Assembly: GCA_017860615.1 (NCBI GenBank) | Contig: JAGDMU010000007.1 | Location: 6,534-70,533, forward strand | Direction of reading: 5' to 3' | Length of the DNA stretch: 64,000 bases | Source: Pseudomonadota bacterium | Lineage (GTDB): Bacteria; Campylobacterota; Campylobacteria; Campylobacterales; Sulfurospirillaceae | Shown here: positions 32,755-40,981 of the stretch, piece by piece | How the letters are laid out: every line of letters starts with the position of its first letter | Numbering within the stretch: the stretch's first letter is position 1 | Position numbers and translations under genes: made by a program | The notes under the pieces: model-generated | The model's input: the letters and a program-made list of their open reading frames with translations, nothing else | What the model was told of the DNA's origin: nothing | Databases searched by the model: none

Positions 32755-32814
32755 TCGTCAAAGACAATTGGACTTCGTCAAAGACAATTGGACTTCGTCA
32801 AAGATAATTGGACT
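32755..32814 (+). repeat. Three tandem 20-bp transposase-binding sites at the tnsE-like-proximal end
   Basis: tcgtcaaagacaattggact x2 plus tcgtcaaagataattggact, no spacers. Confidence 0.9.
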
Positions 32815-32831
32815 AAACTAGGTCTATCTCA

Positions 32832-34604
32832 ATGGATAAATTTAGCGATTTACTCCTCTTCGCTGATTTTTCCCAACAATACTCTGCTGAATTTGAACTA
32901 GGTTATCGATTTATCATTTACGTTATTGGTTCACCAAGGCGTACGCCTACAACTTCATACATTACAAGCCAATATCAAATTCCATTGTACATTCTTGCAG
33001 AATCATCTTCAAGTACAACCGAAAAATATAAGCTGTTAATTCATTATGTGCCTTTTGAATATATAGTAAGAATTTCAATAGGTGATGAAATCTTACCCAT
33101 GGGTAACATTCGCTATTTGGGTTCCTTATCTGATTTCAAATACACAAAAGATAAGAATGAAGGATTTTTAACAAAAAAAGCAGTCTCTATTTCAAAAGAA
33201 ACTATCAAAAATCCAATAATATGTACTTTATCAGAACTCATCACGAATTATGGCTTATTTAATAAAATACCGCAAGATCTATTAGATAGCAATGCAAAGG
33301 ACGAATGGTTTTATCTCTTCAAAACGGATGAAGGGTCTTTAGTTATTTCAGCAGTTGAGATTCTACGTCATTTTTATTTAGCCTCACCTGGTCCGTCATT
33401 GACTAACCATATTTTAGATCCAAAAGGCGTACAGAATTTATCACGTGGCATTACAACTGACAGAATGACGCGCAAAGGGAAGAAATACCCCTATTTTAAG
33501 ATTGATATCCATCCTTTCTCTCAAATGGTTGATATCAATAAAATTTTCTTCTTTAGCTGCTCAAGAAGAAACAAACAATACTTTTCAAGTATTGCTCATC
33601 ATTTTTTAAAAACACACAAACTTAACGCTCTCATACCAACATTGCGTACTCTTCATTTATCTGTAGATATATACAAACAAGGCGATTATTTTTTAATTAC
33701 AAAAATCCATGAAAGCAGTATTGCATCTCATATGCAAGACTGGATTGTTGATTATACCCACCCACAATCAAGACCTCATGTTATTAAACAAAAAGTTAAA
33801 CCACCTCAGATAGTTCAACGAGCTGATCCATCTAACGTGGTAAGTCATGTTCAGTATACAAACAAAAAAATCAAACCTAAAAAAATATCTGATAAAAGCC
33901 AATTTTTTGGTGAGGGAAAACTAGAAAACCCCAAATTTCCTCTGGGACCTACTTTTAAACATTTACCCAATGAAGAAGAACGAACAGTTACTGAGTCAAA
34001 TAAAATATCTAAAGACTTGGGAGATAGAGACATTGGACTAAGCGGTCGAGGCCTTAATAAAGACGGCCCTATTGCCGTAGAAACATATACTAAAAAAGAT
34101 AAAAGCCAGAAGAAAAAAGATGAAGCAGAGGAAGGCGAAGAAATTCAAAGCAAACAGACGTTATATGATGAAGAGATAAGCACTAAAATAATTGAAAAAA
34201 TAGCTCAAGAGTTTATAGCGCAAGGTTGCTCTGCTCACATACAATATAAAAGCGTTAAAAGACCCTATATCTCACAAAAAATCGTATACAAATCAATTAA
34301 ATATTATGTTGAAATTCTGATCCAAAAAGAAGAGCTACAGTTTGTTTACGTTGATATCTTAGCCAAACAATATACAGCGACTTCCGCAATTTATAATGAT
34401 AAAAAAGAAGTATTACTTATAAAACGCGATAAACAATTCAAAGATTACTACATCAAAAACTTGATTTATGATCAATTGGTAGAAGGCAACCATAAATGGG
34501 GCGCTAAATCACCTTATAAAAAGTTATTCACTTATTCAATGATCAAACATCGCCAAGATTTGAAATCATTTGTTGAATCTATTTTGGAGATTATGTCTCG
34601 CTAA
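32832..34604 (+). CDS. TnsE-like protein (590 aa, putative alternative target selector)
   Basis: Recalled Tn7 TnsE motifs match in order: ISAVEILRHFYL (IPQLELARSLFL), YFSSIAHH (YESIFRH), LHLSV...DYFLITKI (LHVKG...DYLVEEI), FVYVDI (FVLLEV), late W and H. Alignment is by eye only. Confidence 0.55.
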   Translation: MDKFSDLLLFADFSQQYSAEFELGYRFIIYVIGSPRRTPTTSYITSQYQIPLYILAESSSSTTEKYKLLIHYVPFEYIVRISIGDEILPMGNIRYLGSLSDFKYTKDKNEGFLTKKAVSISKETIKNPIICTLSELITNYGLFNKIPQDLLDSNAKDEWFYLFKTDEGSLVISAVEILRHFYLASPGPSLTNHILDPKGVQNLSRGITTDRMTRKGKKYPYFKIDIHPFSQMVDINKIFFFSCSRRNKQYFSSIAHHFLKTHKLNALIPTLRTLHLSVDIYKQGDYFLITKIHESSIASHMQDWIVDYTHPQSRPHVIKQKVKPPQIVQRADPSNVVSHVQYTNKKIKPKKISDKSQFFGEGKLENPKFPLGPTFKHLPNEEERTVTESNKISKDLGDRDIGLSGRGLNKDGPIAVETYTKKDKSQKKKDEAEEGEEIQSKQTLYDEEISTKIIEKIAQEFIAQGCSAHIQYKSVKRPYISQKIVYKSIKYYVEILIQKEELQFVYVDILAKQYTATSAIYNDKKEVLLIKRDKQFKDYYIKNLIYDQLVEGNHKWGAKSPYKKLFTYSMIKHRQDLKSFVESILEIMSR

Positions 34605-34620
34605 GAAACTGCCTTCTGTT

Positions 34621-34895
34621 TTCTCATTTAAAATATAAGAATTTGCACAAATCTTATATTTTGACCTTTTTTTTGGCATCAAAATATAAGAAATCACCAA
34701 AAAGTTATATTTTGATATAACGCTTTAGTATATTAAAATATCTTTTTTACCTTATAACTATGGATATGAAACTACCAAATTCCCAACTATTCTCAGTTTT
34801 CATATAAATGTTAAGAATATGCACAAAACTTATCATTTGACCTCTTTTTTGGTATCAAATGATAAGAAATCATCAAAATATTATCTTTTAATATA
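34621..34895. repeat. Two diverged ~99-bp direct repeats (period 176), each with two ~33-bp palindromes
   Basis: Copy 1 34621-34719, copy 2 34797-34895; half-sites aaaatataag/cttatatttt versus aaatg(a/t)taag/cttatcattt. Confidence 0.85.
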
Positions 34896-35057
34896 GCTTG
34901 GGGATAAAATATACGTATGAGAAAAGTATTATGAATAAAAGCTATTTTCCTATAGCACTTATCAAAACAATTTGAGAGATTCTACGTATATAGATATGTC
35001 ATAATTCCATACGTTAGGTTTACACGTTTGTTTCAAATTACATATTGAGGATGATAC

Positions 35058-35735
35058 ATGGCAGCGATTTATACAATAAATTATTATCAAACAACACCTC
35101 TAATATCGTCTCACATGCCATATGAAGCTTACGATAAAAGAAAAAAAATTAAACGACCTTGCACATTATGTGAATATGATGAAACTACTGCTGTTGTCAT
35201 ATGGAGCGACACTAGAAGGGAGGGTAAAGTCTTACTTCAAGACCTAGAATTTAAAGGAATTATCCCTCAAAATAGTGATATTCTGAAAATTGGGCTCATA
35301 ATTGATCCTATCCCATGTTGGAAATGCCATAAAATTTCTCATTCAATTTATGCAGTAGAAATAATTTATATGGACACTTATATACAACTGCATACACATG
35401 TTGAACCACAATTATTAGATAAGTTTGATCATACCATACTCAAGCAATATCAATTGGGAGAAGTGAAAGAACGATATAGCAAAACAATGCAACAAAGATA
35501 TTTATCAGAGGGTTGCTTCTATTGTGATGCACTTTTCGGTAAATTTTATCTTAGTGACTCTCGTCTGGAATATGAAATTACTCTAAGTTGGCCGGAAGCA
35601 TGTGATTATATTGAAATATCATATGAAGATTATTGCATGCTCAATCTGGGTCATTTTGTGGCATATAGACCAGATGAATTATTGCAATACCACAAATACA
35701 ATCACGAAGATGAAATTGACGAAGATATTTTTTAA
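35058..35735 (+). CDS. Hypothetical protein with three CxxC pairs (probable Zn-binding)
   Basis: CTLC, CWKC, CFYC; GAGG RBS. Confidence 0.7.
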   Translation: MAAIYTINYYQTTPLISSHMPYEAYDKRKKIKRPCTLCEYDETTAVVIWSDTRREGKVLLQDLEFKGIIPQNSDILKIGLIIDPIPCWKCHKISHSIYAVEIIYMDTYIQLHTHVEPQLLDKFDHTILKQYQLGEVKERYSKTMQQRYLSEGCFYCDALFGKFYLSDSRLEYEITLSWPEACDYIEISYEDYCMLNLGHFVAYRPDELLQYHKYNHEDEIDEDIF

Positions 35736-35743
35736 TGATATTG

Positions 35744-35938
35744 TCAAACTTTAATAAAAGACAGCCAATACGCCAAAGATATACTAGCAACGCCAGAAAG
35801 AATTAACTCCGTAATAAAGTGAATCAGATTATTGTTGCCTTTTTCTATCCTGACAGCCCAATAAATTTCATACAAATGATCACTGCAAGTGTCAGTGGTA
35901 AAAAGCGCGATGGTTTCTCCCTGCCACTCAAATTTCAT
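35744..35938 (-). CDS. Small protein with a C-terminal TM helix
   Basis: 64-aa ORF ending FITELILSGVASISLAYWLSFIKV. Confidence 0.5.
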   Translation of the reverse strand: MKFEWQGETIALFTTDTCSDHLYEIYWAVRIEKGNNNLIHFITELILSGVASISLAYWLSFIKV

Positions 35939-36024
35939 ATATATTAACTTTATATGATTACTTAGTATAATTATATTTCAATTGTGAAAGAAGCATATAG
36001 AAAATTTGCATAATTGGGATAACA

Positions 36025-36918
36025 ATGGAAATCACAAAAAAATTTAAACTCACCAAATTATACATTTTGTTGGTTCTTGTAGTTTTAGTCATTTGGAGTA
36101 TGTCGTGGTATTATTTTTACTATGCCAACGATGACTTTATACAGAATATAAAAGATAAACCATTAGGTGATTTCTTCGACACAATAAATGTTCTTTTTGG
36201 TGGACTTGGATTAGCTGGAGTTATTGTTACGCTTCTTCATCAAATCAATGAAACCAGTAATGTGGATGAGAGAAATAGTGCAGTTGCAAAAGCTCTATTA
36301 GAAACTGCCGAATCTAATAAAATTATTGCCAATGAAGCAAGAGAAAAAGCCATTTTGGATTTATATCAAACATTTTGTAGTGAATACTTCCAGAAAGTTA
36401 AAACTTCGTCCATGAACGTTATGATTGCTGCTATTCAAAACAAAAATTACTGTGATTTTATGATTAGTAGATTTTTCATTATTTCAAATAAAACATTAGA
36501 TGTAGAGATCTTGCTTCAAAGCAAAAAATATAAAGAACTATCCACAGCTAACTCTTCTATCAGTATGTTAGAAAAAGAACAATCAGATAGATTTAAATTG
36601 GATGAACTAATCAATTTCTTCACTTTATTGTCTCATAAAAATGAATCCAGTGCTATTATCAAAAACTGTGACTTCTTTTATGATTGGTGGAGACCGTTAT
36701 TTTGGTTTATTTCAATACAACAACTAGAATATTATAATTCTAATGAACTTGTACAAAAATATTCGCAAAAGCCTTATTTTCATGATGTCGTAAAAAGGCT
36801 TGATGCAATCTATGGATGGGAATCTTTTGATTCTACTGAAGAGTTTTGGAATTATTTTTTAGCCCATCCAAAAATTCAAAGCTATGGTATTGATCCAAAA
36901 TTTAAAGCTACTTACTGA
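36025..36918 (+). CDS. Two-TM protein with a cytoplasmic domain, Abi-like N-terminus
   Basis: TM1, then LGDFFDTINVLFGGLGLAGVIVTLLHQ, a pattern typical of putative abortive-infection membrane proteins. Confidence 0.55.
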   Translation: MEITKKFKLTKLYILLVLVVLVIWSMSWYYFYYANDDFIQNIKDKPLGDFFDTINVLFGGLGLAGVIVTLLHQINETSNVDERNSAVAKALLETAESNKIIANEAREKAILDLYQTFCSEYFQKVKTSSMNVMIAAIQNKNYCDFMISRFFIISNKTLDVEILLQSKKYKELSTANSSISMLEKEQSDRFKLDELINFFTLLSHKNESSAIIKNCDFFYDWWRPLFWFISIQQLEYYNSNELVQKYSQKPYFHDVVKRLDAIYGWESFDSTEEFWNYFLAHPKIQSYGIDPKFKATY

Positions 36919-36976
36919 CCTAAAACCTTAAAAAATAATAGGTTATGTAATTGTGCGATGGTTGAATAATAGACAT

Positions 36977-37294
36977 TTATTTGATTGAATCTAAGATACG
37001 GTTGACAATTGCTTTAGCTTTTTCTTTGTCATGGTTTGATCCAATGCCCGTTACCCATTTATCAATTTCATAACGGTCAAAGAGGAGTTTACCTTTTTTA
37101 TAGTAGTGAACACCTTCGATGAATTCATTGTCTTTTAACGCATAAATTCTGTCTTTTGAATAGCCAAGATAGGTGCTTAGTTCATTAACATTAAGCCATC
37201 GTTTTTGCGAAGCAGTATCCAAACGTTGCTCAATGATAGTTAATTTTTCAAGTATTTGAGGTAAAAGTTCAAGATTTTCTAATGCGATTTCCAT
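36977..37294 (-). CDS. Excisionase-like HTH DNA-binding protein
   Basis: RWLNVNELSTYLGYSKDRIY ... LLFDRYEIDKW. Confidence 0.8.
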   Translation of the reverse strand: MEIALENLELLPQILEKLTIIEQRLDTASQKRWLNVNELSTYLGYSKDRIYALKDNEFIEGVHYYKKGKLLFDRYEIDKWVTGIGSNHDKEKAKAIVNRILDSIK

Positions 37295-37478
37295 TTGACA
37301 TATCCTTATTATTCAGAGTAATATTTTATTACAATTCAAAAGATCATCTTATATAAGTCTTTTGTAATTCTATCATGTAGGAAGATAACTTATTTGTGTA
37401 TCTTCCTGCAAAATTTGAAAGATATTTGCGCTTACAATAAAGTTATAATGTCATACTTCAAAGTCACAAAGGTAATTT

Positions 37479-37769
37479 ATGAAAAGTATCATCATAAGCC
37501 TTCTGCTCTTGCTAACCCTACAGTTATTTGCCTCAGATGTTCAAAGTAACTTCGCCATTCAGCCAGACTCGCAAAATTGTGAATCGATAATAAAAGATGG
37601 GAATAAAGATTTACTTGTTCAAAGAGGTTGTTGTTCACATCATGGCGGAGTTTGCGGTTGCAAAAGTGGTCGAGTAACCTGCTGTGACGGTAGTTATAGT
37701 CCAAGCTGCACTTGTAAAGGCGGCGAAACTATTATTGATGAAGATGAAGGGTTTAAAATCAAGCTCTAA
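37479..37769 (+). CDS. Small secreted Cys-rich protein
   Basis: Signal peptide MKSIIISLLLLLTLQLFA; GCCSHHGGVCGC...CCDGSYSPSCTC. Confidence 0.75.
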   Translation: MKSIIISLLLLLTLQLFASDVQSNFAIQPDSQNCESIIKDGNKDLLVQRGCCSHHGGVCGCKSGRVTCCDGSYSPSCTCKGGETIIDEDEGFKIKL

Positions 37770-37907
37770 TAAATAAATTCTATTTACAATTTTATAAATA
37801 AAAACTATTTTAAATAAATTTTATTTATTTGCTTGAAAAATGGTTGTATCACCGACAAATCGCACTTTACTATATTCCCATTGCACTTTTAGAAACAATA
37901 TTTAAGA

Positions 37908-38540
37908 TTAGAAATGTCTTACATATCCAGTTTCTGGGGATATCTCAATCGTACGATTTTGCGTACCATCTGTGATAACAATGGTGCATCTTGCAGTAAT
38001 AAGGTTTTGATGTGGAGCAGTAGCAGGAAACGAGGTGTTATCGTCATAAGGGCGACCAATTTCATCAAAAAATATTCGTCCACCAGCAGAGCAATTATTT
38101 GTAATTGTTGTAATTCCATATTTACGAGTCAAGTCAAGATTTTGATTACGATTGTTTCCTAATGATGAGTCACCTGAAAGAACAATAGCTGTATTTAGAG
38201 GATCTTTTGCATATTCTGCTGTATCACCTAAAGCTGCGTTTTGATTTTTATCTGAAATAATCCAATAAACAAGATTTCCATTAGCGGAACTATCTGCACT
38301 AAAGTGAATATGCCATCTTTCACGATAATAAGTTGCATCATTTGCATCAAATTTATTATCCATCATTGCTAAGTGTTGTGTATAACGAATATGACTTACA
38401 ATTTGATCAGCAGCTTCAATAATAGTATTGCGTTGAAAGCTAGCAGAGACAAAATATGACAATATTCCTACAATAACAATGACAAAGACAAGCTCAAGCA
38501 TAGTAAAAGCTTTGCGTGTAATAGTTTTAGAGGTTTTCAT
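37908..38540 (-). CDS. Prepilin-type (type IV pilin / T2SS pseudopilin) protein
   Basis: RKA|FTMLELVFVIVIVGILS cleavage/methylation motif; C-terminal IEISPETGYV. Confidence 0.88.
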   Translation of the reverse strand: MKTSKTITRKAFTMLELVFVIVIVGILSYFVSASFQRNTIIEAADQIVSHIRYTQHLAMMDNKFDANDATYYRERWHIHFSADSSANGNLVYWIISDKNQNAALGDTAEYAKDPLNTAIVLSGDSSLGNNRNQNLDLTRKYGITTITNNCSAGGRIFFDEIGRPYDDNTSFPATAPHQNLITARCTIVITDGTQNRTIEISPETGYVRHF

Positions 38541-38599
38541 GTGGATTATTCTAACATAATTTTGATATTATGGCTTGAACAATAATACAAGGGATTATC

Positions 38600-38908
38600 A
38601 TGCATCCTTCGCTCCAAAACATTACTGCTATGACCATAACCTTTGCTGGATTGATCATCGGTCTAACGACATTTGATACTTACCTCTATAATTACCATAC
38701 TAAAGAAGCTACTCAAACAATTTTACATGAAATGGTTAAAGAGTGTCATATGATTAAAGCAAGAGAAAAGCTTGATGATAGTTTTGAACAAACAAGTTTG
38801 GCAGTAAATAAAATGCTAGGAAGAGGTAATCAAGCTCTTACTCAAGAATCTTATTTGGAGTTGGTTTCTTTATGCGTGGTTACTCAAAAGAATAAAGCTA
38901 AAATCTAA
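38600..38908 (+). CDS. Hypothetical protein with an N-terminal TM helix
   Basis: 102-aa ORF, AAGGGA RBS. Confidence 0.55.
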   Translation: MHPSLQNITAMTITFAGLIIGLTTFDTYLYNYHTKEATQTILHEMVKECHMIKAREKLDDSFEQTSLAVNKMLGRGNQALTQESYLELVSLCVVTQKNKAKI

Positions 38909-38971
38909 TGTTAAATATTATGGTAAATGTAAAATGAAATATCAAAATAATCTTTCTACAAAAGAACTCAA

Positions 38972-40981
38972 ATGAAGCTATTGTATATACATATTGAAGA
39001 AGATTACAAGCACATCAAAGCTGGCGGATATTATTTCGATAAAGAGTTTAATGTTATAAATTTCAACACTACACCTGGACAAAGGAAAATTACATTAGAA
39101 ACAAACCCAAATTATCATAGACCGTTTAATCAAAATATCAATAATATCTCTTGTATTGTTGGGAAAAACGGTGTTGGAAAAACTACGTTTTTTGAATTGA
39201 TTATAGCTCCATTACTATGGAGATTAGATGGACCTCTTTTAGAGAATAAAATCCATTTACTTTATTATGATGAAATCGAAAAAGAATTTTATATCCAATC
39301 TTATACAGGTCAAGCAAATAATTGGGGACTATATTTAGATGGCCATAAAATACATCTTTTCAAAAATAAAAAAAATAATAGTACGAAAATAAATGTAGAA
39401 TCTGGCTCTACGTATAGATCCGTTTTTCCTTATCAAATGAATATTATTTTTCATAGCCTTTCTCCCTTTGATAGAATTTATGATTTATTGAAACTACAAT
39501 TATCAGATGCTTCGTATGGTCAAATAGAACACTATCGAAAAAGATTGAAATACATTGGTACACGACAAATAGAAAACAATGAAACAATCTATGAGTATAT
39601 GACTTTGATAAATTTGATCTCAATATTACTTGATAATAACTCAAAAGAAATGTTTAGTAAGTTAGGGTATGAGTATGGGAATATCGAAATTAATATAGTG
39701 AATGAAGAAGATGAACTTACTATTAATATCCCTGAATTTACTTCATTTAAAGATGAATCAAAAAAAATGTTGGAAGTTTTTTTTACAGAAGAATCATATA
39801 TGGAATTAAAAGAAAAATTATCTTTTTATTTGATTGCAGATTCAATTAATGGAGATTTTTTCAAAGAATTATTACTTAAAAGCGTAAAAATAGATACACC
39901 AAAAAGATTTCTTAATTTTTTATCAATAATAGCTGAAGAAAACCAAAATACAATTTCTTTAGAGACTATTATGGAAGCGATTTATCAATATCTATTAAAT
40001 TTAAATTTTCCAGAACAGATTAAAGAATTATGTACCAGTGAAAATTATAAATTTTTGACAGAAATCTTTGAAAATAAAAAGGAATTATTAACCATTGATC
40101 AATTTAGTGATAGTGAATATTTAAAAGAAAGAGTGAATAGCCCTGAGTTTTTAAAGCTTTTAAAATTTATTAAAAAGCTAGCAATTAGGAACCTTATTAA
40201 TTTTAAAATGTATTTGTTAAAAAAAGGGGAATCTTTTGATTATTTTAGGTTAAGTTCGGGGGAAAAAACATTATTATCTTATTTTGCAAATATCCTTGGG
40301 AGAATAAGAGAATTAGATGACATTCAAGCCGAAAATGCTACTTACTCCTCTATACAAAATAAATCTTACTTAATACTTATCGATGAAGTAGAACTTCATT
40401 TACATCCTGAATGGCAGAGAAACTTTATTAAACAATTAAATGAATTTTTTACTTATTTTGATAAAAGTAAAAAATTTCAATTTGTTATTGCAAGTCATTC
40501 TCCTTTTATTGTAACTGATATATACGATGAAAACATTATTTATTTGGGAGAGAACAACCCTAACACCAAAACATTTGGTGGGAATATATTTGATATTTTC
40601 AAGGATGATTTTTATGTGAGTAATACCATAGGTTCTTTTAGTGAAGGGATTATTAAAGATTTATCAGAAATCATCTATATCTTATTTGCTATACAAAAAG
40701 CTTTAAATGAAGGTAACTTTTTTATACTCAGAGAATACTTAGATTTGATGTATGAAACTTCCGAAAGAGAGGAAGAAAATAGAAAATTATTAGAGGAGCT
40801 TGTAACATTTTTGCAAGTAAAGAATAATAGTAAGTTTTCTAAACTTTCTACAAATCGCTTTCTTCCTTTAAAGGGAGATTTTATGCATGAATTTAACAAA
40901 ATCAAAAATAATATTGGTGAAGAAGTTGTTAGAGAACATTTCGATAAAATGTTAAATTATATACGAGAATCACATGCTTAA
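38972..40981 (+). CDS. ABC/SMC-type AAA ATPase, PtuA-like
   Basis: Walker A GKNGVGKT, signature LSSGEK, Walker B LILIDEVELHLHPEWQ, SHSPF; overlaps the HNH gene. Confidence 0.85.
   Translation: MKLLYIHIEEDYKHIKAGGYYFDKEFNVINFNTTPGQRKITLETNPNYHRPFNQNINNISCIVGKNGVGKTTFFELIIAPLLWRLDGPLLENKIHLLYYDEIEKEFYIQSYTGQANNWGLYLDGHKIHLFKNKKNNSTKINVESGSTYRSVFPYQMNIIFHSLSPFDRIYDLLKLQLSDASYGQIEHYRKRLKYIGTRQIENNETIYEYMTLINLISILLDNNSKEMFSKLGYEYGNIEINIVNEEDELTINIPEFTSFKDESKKMLEVFFTEESYMELKEKLSFYLIADSINGDFFKELLLKSVKIDTPKRFLNFLSIIAEENQNTISLETIMEAIYQYLLNLNFPEQIKELCTSENYKFLTEIFENKKELLTIDQFSDSEYLKERVNSPEFLKLLKFIKKLAIRNLINFKMYLLKKGESFDYFRLSSGEKTLLSYFANILGRIRELDDIQAENATYSSIQNKSYLILIDEVELHLHPEWQRNFIKQLNEFFTYFDKSKKFQFVIASHSPFIVTDIYDENIIYLGENNPNTKTFGGNIFDIFKDDFYVSNTIGSFSEGIIKDLSEIIYILFAIQKALNEGNFFILREYLDLMYETSEREEENRKLLEELVTFLQVKNNSKFSKLSTNRFLPLKGDFMHEFNKIKNNIGEEVVREHFDKMLNYIRESHA

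Noticed and set aside
32583-32807. 74-aa ORF as an independent gene
   Set aside because: It is the comM 5' fragment reading into the transposon end.
32755-32814. Tandem 20-bp repeats as a CRISPR mini-array (CAST)
   Set aside because: There are no spacers, the same motif occurs inverted at the other transposon end, and no cas genes are present. They are transposase-binding sites.
32832-34604. 590-aa ORF as TnsF
   Set aside because: It has no CxxC zinc fingers and no recognisable tyrosine-recombinase motifs; the pattern fits TnsE better.
34621-34895. Integron attC sites or a toxin-antitoxin RNA array
   Set aside because: No RYYYAAC/GTTRRRY boxes, no integron integrase or flanked cassettes, only two copies, and no adjacent ToxN-like gene.
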